Shown one piece after another: positions 29,156-38,482 of a stretch of DNA of 64,000 nucleotides. The stretch spans positions 32,001 through 96,000 of the IMG/VR virus record IMGVR_UViG_3300047160_006886. One strand, given 5' to 3'. The first letter of the stretch is position 1; each line of letters opens with the position of its first letter. Made by a program: the position numbers and the translations under genes. The DNA is from a virus. A model generated the notes under the pieces. It was not told where the DNA came from and searched no databases. It saw only the letters and a program-made list of their open reading frames with translations.

Positions 29156-29310
29156 GTCAAGGGGGAACAGGATGAACCGGCGGGCCGGGAAGCCGGAGGA
29201 CTGCAACCTGCGTCATCCTCTCTCGGAGTCGCCATAAGACTCATGTCCGCTAGTCAAGACGTTAGGCCACGCAGCGTTCTGAGGTTTGACGGCTTCCTTC
29301 GGCCCTCAGA

Positions 29311-30447
29311 TCAATCGTGAATCAGGTCGGCCCACGGGATGGCTTGGGGCAGACCGCCGGAGACGATCATCTTCTTCGTGGTGTTGTTCTTGGCCGTGAC
29401 GGTTTCTTTCTTCTCGTTGACGGTGACCACTTCGATCTCGATGGCCTTGAGCGGCTTTTTCGTGGTCTTGTCTCGTAGTGGGTTGCCTTTGGCATCCGTC
29501 GGCTTCCACTTGACCACGGCACCCTTCTCGGGCTTCCACGCTTCCGGCTCGGAGGTTTCTTCCTGCTGCCCCTCTCCCTCGTCCCCGGCGGATTGAGCGG
29601 TCTTGATCGACGCGGCCACATCGTCCCAGCTCGGCATGTCGGCCGCTCCCTCAACCCCGCATTCGGCGGCCAACTCCAAGAGCCGTTCGCGATACGGCTT
29701 GGCTTGATCATCGTCCTCGCCGTTGGCAGCTTCGAGGAGCTGGTCCACGTCGAGGTCGGCGAGGGCGACTTGGCCCTCGTTGTCGGACGGCTCGTCGACG
29801 GCCGGAGCACGATCACTGCTCGCGTCGCCGGCCTCTCCGCTCGTCTCGTCCGAGGTCACGCCGGCTCCCGGGTCGACCTGGCCGTTGTACTCGCATTTGG
29901 CGAGCATGTTCGTGAACACGCCGCCCTCGATGGTCTTCTTCGGGTCTTTCGGGTCGGGTCGGTCCTTGGCTTTCGCCGTGGAGTAGTTGAAGTATGGCTT
30001 GTCCTTCTGCAGGTGCTCCAAGATGCCGTCCATCTGCTCGAACGATACGGCCTCCATGCTCTTGACGCCGAGGAGCCTGCCGACGTGATCGAGCATGAAA
30101 TTGTACCAGTTCTTGAGGCTGCCCGGGATCTTCTGCGGGCCGATGGTCCGCTTTGGCGTATCGCACATCGGGAACATGAACGGTCCGACGAGCTGCCCGG
30201 CCACTTGCACGCCGTCGTGCTCCTCGGGAGTCTTGGCCACGCCCATGAGCAGCACGTAAGGCTTGCCTTGATTGTCTCCCGAATCGTACTTGCCAACCCT
30301 CGCTTGCGTCAGCTGAGCGACGCCCCGGTTGATGCCGGCAGGCAGTCCTCCTCCCGACACCGGGTTCGACTTCGTCTCCTCATGCACCTGCTTGCCCCGT
30401 TGCCCGAGGGCTGCGGCAAGCGTCGTCTTCGCGGTCTGTCCTGGCAT
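29311..30447 (-). CDS. Acidic replication protein, probable ssDNA-binding protein
   Basis: Sits between the AAA ATPase and the polymerase; OB-like N-terminus and acidic linker. Confidence 0.5.
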   Translation of the reverse strand: MPGQTAKTTLAAALGQRGKQVHEETKSNPVSGGGLPAGINRGVAQLTQARVGKYDSGDNQGKPYVLLMGVAKTPEEHDGVQVAGQLVGPFMFPMCDTPKRTIGPQKIPGSLKNWYNFMLDHVGRLLGVKSMEAVSFEQMDGILEHLQKDKPYFNYSTAKAKDRPDPKDPKKTIEGGVFTNMLAKCEYNGQVDPGAGVTSDETSGEAGDASSDRAPAVDEPSDNEGQVALADLDVDQLLEAANGEDDDQAKPYRERLLELAAECGVEGAADMPSWDDVAASIKTAQSAGDEGEGQQEETSEPEAWKPEKGAVVKWKPTDAKGNPLRDKTTKKPLKAIEIEVVTVNEKKETVTAKNNTTKKMIVSGGLPQAIPWADLIHD

Positions 30448-30540
30448 GATCTTTCGTCCTCACTTTCTGCTGATGAAAATGGGGAGCCGTACTGTGCTCC
30501 GTCGAGCGTTTCCGGACTCCCCGGCCACGTGGATTTCCCT

Positions 30541-31449
30541 TCATTTTACGACAGTTTTCGGCAAATTCTTGAGCGGCGAGACGGGATCGCCCCGGCTCAG
30601 CTTGTCGATGATCTCGAACGCCGAGACCGTCGGTCTTTGCCCGGTCCGGCCGAGCACGACGATCTCGGGCAGCAGGTCCGGCCTGGTCGTGCGGAACTTC
30701 GTGTAATACGTGTCGAGCTGATCGCAGCAACGCAGGCAATATTCGGTCCCGGCCCGCACCTTGCTCACGGCGTCTGTGCCTGGAATCTTCTGCTCGACGA
30801 ATCGAGGCCGGAGAAAAGTCTGGACAAAGAAATCGAACTCGCGGTTGAGGAACAGGCACACCGACGGTGTCGTGCCGGCGTTCACGACCGGGGCGATGAT
30901 GTCTGATGTCTTGTCCTCCTCCGTGCCGGAGAAGACCCGCTCGTGGGCGACCACGACCAGGTGACCGGGCAAGTTCAGGAGTGGGCGGAACATGTCCTTG
31001 ATGTCGATGGCGATCTGTCCCCATGTCCGCTTGTTGTCGCCGATGATGGGACGTTGCAACGGCACCTCCTCCAGGCCAAGGACTTCCTTCAGGTCGAGGT
31101 CTTGGAGTCCGCCGACGTGGTCCAGGACCACAGTAGCGAAGCTCGGAGCCTCCTCCTTGACGATCCGGCGGAACTGATCCGTGGACGAGATCACCGTCGC
31201 CTTGACCTTCTTCCGCATCTCGGGCGTGTTGATGCTCCGCAACTCGCCGGGCCTCAGACCGGACGAGCACACGAGGGCCAAGATCGGTCCCGGAAACGAT
31301 GACCAGAGCGTGGTCTTGCCGGTGCGGCTCTGCCCATACACCACGAGCCGGATCTGGTCGATGAAGTCCCAGGCCGACTGATCAACCGTCGATTTCTGAC
31401 TCAGGGACGGCCTGCTGTTGCTTGCGACTTGCTTCGTCACCGTCGGCAT
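30541..31449 (-). CDS. AAA_24/Sak4-like ATPase
   Basis: YGQSRTGKTT, TVVLDH, VVAHE. Confidence 0.8.
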   Translation of the reverse strand: MPTVTKQVASNSRPSLSQKSTVDQSAWDFIDQIRLVVYGQSRTGKTTLWSSFPGPILALVCSSGLRPGELRSINTPEMRKKVKATVISSTDQFRRIVKEEAPSFATVVLDHVGGLQDLDLKEVLGLEEVPLQRPIIGDNKRTWGQIAIDIKDMFRPLLNLPGHLVVVAHERVFSGTEEDKTSDIIAPVVNAGTTPSVCLFLNREFDFFVQTFLRPRFVEQKIPGTDAVSKVRAGTEYCLRCCDQLDTYYTKFRTTRPDLLPEIVVLGRTGQRPTVSAFEIIDKLSRGDPVSPLKNLPKTVVK

Positions 31450-31609
31450 GTGGTTGTCCTTTCTCCAACAATTCCGACCTGAAGATGGGCACCTCTCGCG
31501 GTGCCTCGATCCCCAGCCGGACCTTGCCTCTGTCTATCTCCCTGACCGTGACGACCACGTCATCACCGATCACGATTGACTCTCCCAACTTCCTGACGAT
31601 TACAAGCAT
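31382..31609 (-). CDS. csrA: Carbon storage regulator (RNA-binding translational regulator)
   Basis: MLVIVRKLGESIVIGDDV...KVRLGIEAPREVPIFRSEL. Confidence 0.92.
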   Translation of the reverse strand: MLVIVRKLGESIVIGDDVVVTVREIDRGKVRLGIEAPREVPIFRSELLEKGQPHADGDEASRKQQQAVPESEIDG

Positions 31610-31634
31610 CAGAGACTCCTTTCCTCGTTCGGCG

Positions 31635-32816
31635 TCATTGTAACTCCGGAAAGAGATTCATGACCCTCTGCATTCCTACCATTGAACCGGTGGCAAGATG
31701 ATAGTCCATGTCGGAAGGACGCCCCTCCAGTAAAGGATTCCACACGCCGTATGGTAATCTAAAGTGCAGCGATTTCGCTCCTCCCCATACCTTGCAGTTG
31801 CCATCGTCGTTGACTACTTGCCACCAATCGCAGAGCTGCTCCAGGATCGGATCGAGGCACTGCCGCTTGAACTTGGCGATGTCCTCCTGACTGATCTCGA
31901 CCTTCCAGCGGTAGAACCAGCCGTCAGGAGCATCCGGGGTCGCCATCCATTCGCGGATCTTCTCCTGCAACCGCTCGCACAGGTGAGCGATGGACTCATC
32001 CTTGCCGAGCCGCACATCGCCCTTGCCGCCGGAGAGCGGCCGGCGGATGACGTTGTAATCGACTCCGGCAATGGGGGCATCACTCAAAGCCGTTCCATCC
32101 GCCGCTCGCAAGGCAGGCTTTCCAAGCTCATTCTCCATCGGTTCAGATTCCATTTGAGTCTGCAACGCTACAAGATACATCATGGTTTGCAGATCGAAGC
32201 TCAACTGACTCGTGATCTGCTGCTCGTCGATGTCCCCCTTCGTCTTCGTCTCGAACAGCCTGATCCCGGCCGCTCGACCCTTGCTGACGAGGTTCACCCC
32301 GTCCCACTTGCCCCGGAGCCTGACCGTTCGTCCTGATGGCAGTTTATAAGGCACATCGAACATCTGTTCGGCGAGCAACGGAGTCTTGTCCTTCTGGTCC
32401 TTGTTCTTCGACCAGTGCTTGACGTACAACGGAAACATCGCCTTGCAGAGCTGGTAGTATTTGTCGATCTCCCCCTGCTGAGTCGGGTAACGCTTGCAGA
32501 GTTGCCTTCCATATTCAGCCAAAGCCCGTTCTACTGCTTGAGATTGGAGATTGCCTCCGTACTTTGCCAACTGCTCCTCGCAGACATGCCAGCACGATCC
32601 GAACTCCAAACGATGCGAGAAGGAGTCGGCAGGCTTGATGCCCTCGACAATCAGCAGGCGGAAGCGCTCTCGGCAGACGAGGAAGCGGGACAGGAGCGAC
32701 TGCGTGACTCCTCCTTGTGGCCCTTCGCCGTTCGGTCCCGTCCAAACCGGACCCCTCGGTTGCAGATTCACCTCCGGAATCTTCTTGCCTTTCAACGCTT
32801 GTGCCAAAGTCGTCAC
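31635..32816 (-). CDS. PD-(D/E)xK (Cas4/RecB-like) exonuclease
   Basis: SLLSRFLVC, FGSCWH, LRGKWDG, FETKT, QTMMY. Confidence 0.8.
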   Translation of the reverse strand: MTTLAQALKGKKIPEVNLQPRGPVWTGPNGEGPQGGVTQSLLSRFLVCRERFRLLIVEGIKPADSFSHRLEFGSCWHVCEEQLAKYGGNLQSQAVERALAEYGRQLCKRYPTQQGEIDKYYQLCKAMFPLYVKHWSKNKDQKDKTPLLAEQMFDVPYKLPSGRTVRLRGKWDGVNLVSKGRAAGIRLFETKTKGDIDEQQITSQLSFDLQTMMYLVALQTQMESEPMENELGKPALRAADGTALSDAPIAGVDYNVIRRPLSGGKGDVRLGKDESIAHLCERLQEKIREWMATPDAPDGWFYRWKVEISQEDIAKFKRQCLDPILEQLCDWWQVVNDDGNCKVWGGAKSLHFRLPYGVWNPLLEGRPSDMDYHLATGSMVGMQRVMNLFPELQ

Positions 32817-33250
32817 AGCTCATACCTCCTGCGTTCGGGCGGAGCAGAGACGACGATCTCCCGCTCGCCGAACCATTCGGGATTCAACACGCACTTGCCG
32901 TCTTCTCGCACCCGCGTCAGGACCGCGTGGGACGGCAGCTTGCTCCACGCCTTGCGGAAGACGTATACTCTGGTTGGGAAGTCTCCCGCTCTCCGGTCAT
33001 GGGAGCGGATCACGTCGCAGAGGCAAGCCGCGTCGAGGAGAGAACAGGAGAAGGCGACGCCGCCCTCATCCATTCGGCTCGGGTCGAAGCGGATCGGCGT
33101 GCGGTCGATCTTCTCGGTCAGCCGCATCATCTCCCGCATCACGGAGTCGATCCTGTCGATGTCAAAGATGTTGATGCCGAGACGTACTCCATCATGGTTC
33201 TGCCCTGGCTCGGGATCAACCTTCTTGACTCGCTCGCTCGGCAACGGCAT
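32813..33250 (-). CDS. Hypothetical protein
   Basis: Coupled ORF. Confidence 0.6.
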   Translation of the reverse strand: MPLPSERVKKVDPEPGQNHDGVRLGINIFDIDRIDSVMREMMRLTEKIDRTPIRFDPSRMDEGGVAFSCSLLDAACLCDVIRSHDRRAGDFPTRVYVFRKAWSKLPSHAVLTRVREDGKCVLNPEWFGEREIVVSAPPERRRYEL

Positions 33251-33253
33251 GGA

Positions 33254-33568
33254 TCATAACTCCTTTACGTCTGCTGGAAACCGCTCGGCATCCTTCGGCT
33301 TGAACGACCTGACCCAAGCCCTCAGCAATTCGCTGCCTCTGACCGCGATGCTCTTTTTGCCCCAGCGGAGCAAGATGAAATCAGTCCCGAGTCCCGTCCC
33401 TGTGTCAATGGAGCCGAGACCCTTCCCCATCTCTAGCATATTCGCACGAAACCCGAGCGTAAGGATCTCTTCGTCGCTGACCTCGACGTAAGGAACGCTC
33501 AAAGCGAGCCGCTTCTTCCGGAACGGAGACTCGATACGTTTTCCTCCGATGCTGACTTCGGTTCTCAT
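33254..33568 (-). CDS. Hypothetical protein
   Basis: GGAGG RBS before MRTEVS. Confidence 0.55.
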   Translation of the reverse strand: MRTEVSIGGKRIESPFRKKRLALSVPYVEVSDEEILTLGFRANMLEMGKGLGSIDTGTGLGTDFILLRWGKKSIAVRGSELLRAWVRSFKPKDAERFPADVKEL

Positions 33569-34203
33569 GGAACATTCACCTCCAACATCTCCCTCACGGC
33601 GTTCCTGATCCTGACCACAGACTTCTTGATCCCCATCGACTTCTGCACCGGATTGACTCCCGGCTTGAGGTACGCTCCGGGATGCGTGATGTCGATCATG
33701 GGGATGTCCTTGTCGAACGTGATGCCTCGCAGCATCTTCGAGTTCAGCCAGTCGTTGGCGATGGAACCGACGCAGACGATCAACTGGGGATCGGCGATCC
33801 GCACGAACTCGACCAGCCGCTCGGAGCAGGCCCTGATCTCCTCCGGCAACGGCTGACCTGTCTTGTTGCCGTCCTCGTCGAGCGGCAGGCAGCAGACCAA
33901 GTTGGTCCATGCGAGCCGCAGCGAGTCCGAGATCCATTCTCGCCGCTTGCCTTGACCGTTCTCGACCCATCCGAACCGGCCATGAGCGGAGAGGGCCTCG
34001 CCGACGATGTCGTCGAGCAACAGCCCGGCCGGACCACGGAACGGCACGCCGTCGGAGTCCTCCGAGAATCCCGGTGCTTCTCCGATCAGGAGAAGATCAC
34101 ACGGCAGTTGTCCCTTGGCGAGCACCACATGCTGACGGTTCTCGCAGAGCTTGCACGCTCGACAATCCTTCCACCGCTCGACGTGCTGCTGCCAAGGAGT
34201 CAT
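33565..34203 (-). CDS. Family-4 uracil-DNA glycosylase
   Basis: CRACKL Fe-S ligands, IGEAPG..ED..G.PF.GPAG, TNLVCC, THP. Confidence 0.88.
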   Translation of the reverse strand: MTPWQQHVERWKDCRACKLCENRQHVVLAKGQLPCDLLLIGEAPGFSEDSDGVPFRGPAGLLLDDIVGEALSAHGRFGWVENGQGKRREWISDSLRLAWTNLVCCLPLDEDGNKTGQPLPEEIRACSERLVEFVRIADPQLIVCVGSIANDWLNSKMLRGITFDKDIPMIDITHPGAYLKPGVNPVQKSMGIKKSVVRIRNAVREMLEVNVP

Positions 34204-34558
34204 CGTCTCTCCCTCCTGTTGACCTTCGCGATCTCCGCGTCCACGTCGAACTCGATCCAAGGAACGCAGGAACTCCCTCCCGACGCCGTGAGTGCCATCG
34301 CGTCCGGTGACGCGGGCAACCCACCTCCTCTTCGGATCGGCGTCCCACTTCGACGTCAAGAGCAAACTCACGACTCATCTCCTTGCTCTTCGGCAGCCGA
34401 CTCTTCTTCGGATTTCATCTCTTCAGCTGCTTGGATCTCCTCTTCCACGGCAGCTTTCCACTCTCGGAGATTCGCAAGGTATACCCCGACAGAGCACTTT
34501 ACTTTCCTGCCGTCGCTGATCGCTTTCTGAATGATGGCATCCAGCTTATCATCTGCAC

Positions 34559-35050
34559 TCATGACTTGATCCTTCTGCAATACTCGGCGAGCAGCAAGGC
34601 ATCACACGTTGCCAAGGTCACGTTGACCTGGGGGAAGAGTTGCTGTGCTTTCTGCTTCAATCGATTCTTGAACTGTCCCTTGCTCTCGCCGTTCGAGCGA
34701 GCGATCACTCCGAGAGCCTTTTGCCACGTCCTCGGATGCACTTCGTCGAAAGGAATACCGGCGGCGGTCAGGCATCCACGAAGGAAGCCGTAAGAACTGC
34801 CAAACTTGAACATAGCACTCCCGATGTTGCCTGCCGACCCTGGCATAAACCCTCCCACCTTCTCGATGACAGCGAAGCAAGTCAGCTCCACGTGATCAGA
34901 GCGGTCTTGAACATCTGACGATCCGACGATGTCCCAAATGTCCCTTTCCGTCTTTGGCATGGCATGGAGGACCGGAGGAACATCCAAGTAATCGCAGACG
35001 ACGGCGATCCCACCCGACGCCCCCGGATCAACTCCGATGAAGATGCTCAT
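34559..35050 (-). CDS. RuvC-like Holliday junction resolvase
   Basis: IGVDPG..GG, IEKV, FKFG.SYG, P..WQK, DALLLA. Confidence 0.85.
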   Translation of the reverse strand: MSIFIGVDPGASGGIAVVCDYLDVPPVLHAMPKTERDIWDIVGSSDVQDRSDHVELTCFAVIEKVGGFMPGSAGNIGSAMFKFGSSYGFLRGCLTAAGIPFDEVHPRTWQKALGVIARSNGESKGQFKNRLKQKAQQLFPQVNVTLATCDALLLAEYCRRIKS

Positions 35051-35343
35051 GTGTCAGCCCTCGATTTCTTCTTGCTCCTTCTCCTGCCATTCGTGCGGAA
35101 CGGCATTTGGCTCACTCGCACGACCAGTCCGATGTTGATGTCACTGATCCGCACGAACAGACCCCGATCACTCGCCTCGCCTCTGATCTGCTGAGCCATC
35201 GAAGTCTGAGAGCAAAGGTAGTCTCGGCCGGCCATCACCCGGAACTCCGGCTGGGAGAACCACGTCTTCCAGTCGTACAGCTCTGGACGGCCTCGATGTC
35301 GTCTCTTGTTTTGTGTCGGTCCCGCCTCTTCGCCTTTTTCCAT
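35047..35343 (-). CDS. Small putative DNA-binding protein
   Basis: GRPELYDWKTWF motif; first gene of the leftward operon. Confidence 0.55.
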   Translation of the reverse strand: MEKGEEAGPTQNKRRHRGRPELYDWKTWFSQPEFRVMAGRDYLCSQTSMAQQIRGEASDRGLFVRISDINIGLVVRVSQMPFRTNGRRRSKKKSRADT

Positions 35344-35344
35344 G

Positions 35345-35477
35345 ATCTCATTTTATTCGATTTCCCCGGAAATCCGGGGAAAAACTAATTAGAAAAATTT
35401 TCCCAGAATTCCGTTTTTTCCTCTTTACTTCGGCGAATAAGTTTATTACCTTAATAGGTAGATTGATCATTGACAAC
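35345..35477. promoter_or_regulatory. Divergent promoter region with a rightward sigma70-like promoter and a boxA-like element
   Basis: AT-rich; TTTACT(35424)-N17-TACCTT; tgatcattgacaac resembles rrn boxA; palindrome tttccccgga/tccggggaaa. Confidence 0.6.
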
Positions 35478-35700
35478 CGACCGCAGAACCGGACGACGGC
35501 CAGCCCAGGACGGGCAAGACGAAGGCGTGCACCGGGACGCAGCGGGGGGATCGGAGGGGGATGACCCAAACCGATCCCGGCAGACCTGGCAGAACCAGGA
35601 AGTCATCCGAGTCACGCAGATCGAAAGATCGTCAGTGCTACCCTGGAACGGTTTGAAACAGGCGGAAGCCGAGACCGGGTCCATCCCCAAGCCGCGTGGC
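35478..35700 (+). ncRNA. Candidate structured RNA, family unknown
   Basis: No credible ORF; stems gggatcgg/ccgatccc, ggatgac/gtcatcc, cctgg/ccagg and gatc-GAAA-gatc. Confidence 0.5.
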
Positions 35701-35788
35701 TAGAACCTAAACCAACCTGCTCGATCATCTTGGAGCCATCCGAGAGGCAGCCCGTCCCAAGTCGGGAAGCAATGGTGAGGGGGTTCTA
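35701..35788 (+). ncRNA. Twister self-cleaving ribozyme (type P1)
   Basis: P1 tagaacc/ggttcta; L1 UAA and GAGGG; P2 acca/tggt; P3 ctgc/gcag; P4 cccg/cggg with loop UCCCAAGU; T1 CCC/GGG and T2 AC/GU. Confidence 0.85.
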
Positions 35789-35802
35789 ACCTGGAGAGAA
35801 TC

Positions 35803-36105
35803 ATGGGGTATCTACAGAATGCGATGACTGTTGGTCAACTGCGAAAAGAACTTGAAGGACTGCCGGATGACGCCGTGGTCCTCTACGTCTGCGATTACGG
35901 CGATCACTGCCACACGCAGCAAGCCCTGCCCATCTCTGAAATCGCCGACCTCGGATGCGACGAGCGGATCGAAGAGTCGGCGTACAGCAGCTCTGGCCTC
36001 TGCCTCTTAACCATCAATGATGAAGACGAGGATGACGACGAGGACAGCGAAAAGGAAACCGAAGAGGAAGAGACCGAAGACCGGAACTACATCATCCTGC
36101 GTTAG
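35803..36105 (+). CDS. Acidic early protein
   Basis: MTVGQLRKELEGLPDDA motif; GGAG RBS. Confidence 0.7.
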   Translation: MGYLQNAMTVGQLRKELEGLPDDAVVLYVCDYGDHCHTQQALPISEIADLGCDERIEESAYSSSGLCLLTINDEDEDDDEDSEKETEEEETEDRNYIILR

Positions 36106-36377
36106 CGAACTAACAGCGGGGTCTAGGATCGATCATCCGAACACCGGACTCTCCAGACCGGCCCGACCCCGCTTCTTTCTTTCTGGAGTCTCAACCCTTT
36201 ACTGGAGAAAGCCATGTCCGAGAGAGTTCACCTGGTTCCCAAGTCCATGATCGAGCAGTGGAAGGCTGAGCTGCGACGCGAGAAGCAGGTCCAGCCCGCT
36301 ATTCCCCTCGACCGGGCTATCCGGGCGGCGGCGAGCCTGCGAGCACGATTGACCCTGCGGAGAAAGGTGGTGATGGC

Positions 36378-36812
36378 ATGATCGACATCGACTTCATCAA
36401 GGCCGGCCGGGCGATCTTCACCATCGCCAACGACCAAGGCAAGTGGTACACGTACCGCGTGGACCACAAGGAAGCCCGGACCGAGGAGTTCGCTGGCAAG
36501 GGCGCTCGGACCTACCCCGAAGCGTGGTTCGTCAAGCTCCTCACCGGCCCCTCGAACGACAGTGACTACACTTACGTCGGAATCTTAAACTGCGAGCGGG
36601 TCAGGTTGACTCAACGCAGCCCTTACACCGAGGACTCGATCCCGGTGAGGGTGTTCGACTTCGCCCTGCGGGTGATCCTGGGCAAGCAAGCACTGCCGCC
36701 GGGTTACTCGATCCATCACGAGGGCCGCTGCGGTCGCTGTGGCCGCAGGCTGACGGTCCCCAGCAGCATCGAGTCGGGCATCGGCCCCGAGTGTGCGAGG
36801 AGGATGGCATGA
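36378..36812 (+). CDS. DUF6011-like protein
   Basis: GRCGRCGRRLTVPSSIESGIGPECA. Confidence 0.8.
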   Translation: MIDIDFIKAGRAIFTIANDQGKWYTYRVDHKEARTEEFAGKGARTYPEAWFVKLLTGPSNDSDYTYVGILNCERVRLTQRSPYTEDSIPVRVFDFALRVILGKQALPPGYSIHHEGRCGRCGRRLTVPSSIESGIGPECARRMA

Positions 36813-37108
36813 AGGAGATCATCACTCTTCGGACCGACGAGTACGTGGACAAGAAGGGCCACATCCGACGGCGAGCCGGCAAAGTCCCGGACTGCGACTG
36901 CTGCGGAAAGCCTGCCCTAGTCCTGATGGAGATTGGCCGGTACAAAGACGACTGGCTGATCCAACAGTGCGACACTTGCCTAGAGCTGGTCTGCTCTGAG
37001 TGTTGCGATGTGACCGACAACGGGGAAGTGGTTTGCATCGATTGTTTGCAGGACCCCAATCGTCCGCTGAGGAGAAGTCATGACCCAAGTTACGAAAGAC
37101 CAAATTAA
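36809..37108 (+). CDS. Cys-rich Zn-binding protein
   Basis: Four CxxC pairs; GAGG RBS. Confidence 0.55.
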   Translation: MKEIITLRTDEYVDKKGHIRRRAGKVPDCDCCGKPALVLMEIGRYKDDWLIQQCDTCLELVCSECCDVTDNGEVVCIDCLQDPNRPLRRSHDPSYERPN

Positions 37109-37322
37109 GGCAGCGATCCAGATCACTCTGGCCATCGCCGACGCCATCCGCGAGCTGGGCGAGGTGCCTTCGGGTCACCTCTACGCCCGGATCGGACACC
37201 TGAGCATCGAGGACTACAACAGCATCATCGACATCCTGAAGCGAGGCGGGCTGGTCAAGGAGCAGCACCATCTGCTCACCTGGATCGGTCCCAAACCTGA
37301 CGAAGGGAGACCCAAGCAATGA
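37080..37322 (+). CDS. Small wHTH-like protein
   Basis: ADAIRELGEVPSGHLYA; GAGGAG RBS. Confidence 0.7.
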   Translation: MTQVTKDQIKAAIQITLAIADAIRELGEVPSGHLYARIGHLSIEDYNSIIDILKRGGLVKEQHHLLTWIGPKPDEGRPKQ

Positions 37323-37633
37323 AGGTGATAGATCACAATGGCTCTGGCAAACAGTGGGCAAAGAACTGCTCGATGAGGAAGCGACTCGTCCACTTCCTCG
37401 CCAACGCGACCGGGCGAGGTTGGGACTGGCGAACCCTGGCCGAACTGAGCGACGAGGAGATCCGCGAAAGAGCCGCCGAGAGACACACCGACGCGGAGCA
37501 GGATATCGAAGACCTCACCGCCTTCGGGCTCTGGCCCATGCCTCGCTGGATGTTCAGCCGCGGCCTCGACCTACACGGGGCTGAAGCGATGAGGCCGTAC
37601 CTCTCGCCCAAGAAGGAGGTGGTCGAGTCATGA
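37319..37633 (+). CDS. Hypothetical protein
   Basis: ATGA-coupled start. Confidence 0.6.
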   Translation: MKVIDHNGSGKQWAKNCSMRKRLVHFLANATGRGWDWRTLAELSDEEIRERAAERHTDAEQDIEDLTAFGLWPMPRWMFSRGLDLHGAEAMRPYLSPKKEVVES

Positions 37634-38007
37634 CCAGCGTCGCTCACTCACCCGAGTGCTTGAAGGCCCAAGCGGCCTACAAGAGCTACATCGAGAAGTG
37701 GCCCGACTATTGCACGGGCTGCGGTGGCTGGGGCCAGAAGAGTTACACCACCAATCAGTCTCCCATCGGCAGCGGCGAGTATTGGCCGATGACCGAGAGC
37801 GAGCCGTGCTTGGCATGCGAGGGCACCTGCCCTCGCTGCCGCGATCCGAAGCGAGGGAACTGGACTGGCAAGCTGTGCAAGAAGTGCGGCTGGTCCTGCC
37901 GGGACGGCGGCATCCCGGAAGTCGAGTGCTACTGCGGCATGGAGGACGAGCCGAGCGTCGAGGAGATCGAAGCGTATCTGGAACGAACCAGAAAGGAGCA
38001 ATCATGA
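37630..38007 (+). CDS. Cys-rich protein
   Basis: CTGCGG, CLAC, CPRC, CKKC. Confidence 0.65.
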   Translation: MTSVAHSPECLKAQAAYKSYIEKWPDYCTGCGGWGQKSYTTNQSPIGSGEYWPMTESEPCLACEGTCPRCRDPKRGNWTGKLCKKCGWSCRDGGIPEVECYCGMEDEPSVEEIEAYLERTRKEQS

Positions 38008-38372
38008 GCGGATTCATCAACAACTTGTCGAATTATCCTCCAGGCATCTCCGGCAACGAGCCGGAGATCACGGGAGAGCCGAGACGGCCGAGGCTGAGGA
38101 AATACCGCTCGCACTGGAGCGACAACCACAACCAGCTTGACGAGCCGTCCTGTGTCACAAATGCGAAGGAGCAGTGGCCACTCCCCTGGGTATACTTCTT
38201 CGCCAGCTCGCTCAAGGCGGCGAAGGCACGAGTACAAGAATTCAACCTCCTGCTGATGCCGATGAACGCCCCTCAACCAGCTCATTGCCCGACGCTGTTG
38301 CTAGCAAGGCACGGATTCATGAAGTTCCCGGCCGGTCCGTTGGCAGACGTTGACTCAGAGTATCTCGTCTGA
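38004..38372 (+). CDS. Hypothetical protein
   Basis: SNYPPG..GNE.EITG motif; AAGGAG RBS. Confidence 0.55.
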   Translation: MSGFINNLSNYPPGISGNEPEITGEPRRPRLRKYRSHWSDNHNQLDEPSCVTNAKEQWPLPWVYFFASSLKAAKARVQEFNLLLMPMNAPQPAHCPTLLLARHGFMKFPAGPLADVDSEYLV

Positions 38373-38482
38373 CACCCATCTCACCTTCCGCTCGTGATCC
38401 CGAGAGCGAGACAAATCGGGATCGTTGGAGCAAGACGCACTTGCTCGACGACCAGAAGACCCAAGACGAGAGGAGAATCACG

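Noticed and set aside
26935-29175. 746-aa plus-strand ORF and other long antisense ORFs (e.g. 5927..7261, 25008..26249, 29593..30906)
   Set aside because: They mirror well-supported opposite-strand genes, lack motifs and RBSs, and are expected shadows of high-GC3 codon usage
29180-29255. tRNA-like sequence on the minus strand upstream of the polymerase gene
   Set aside because: The T-loop-like GGTTGCAGTCC is non-canonical, and I could not build an anticodon arm or acceptor stem; tRNAscan-SE or ARAGORN would settle it
31635-32816. Cas4-like nuclease as a sign of CRISPR-Cas
   Set aside because: No repeat-spacer array or other cas genes; the context is a standard phage recombination module
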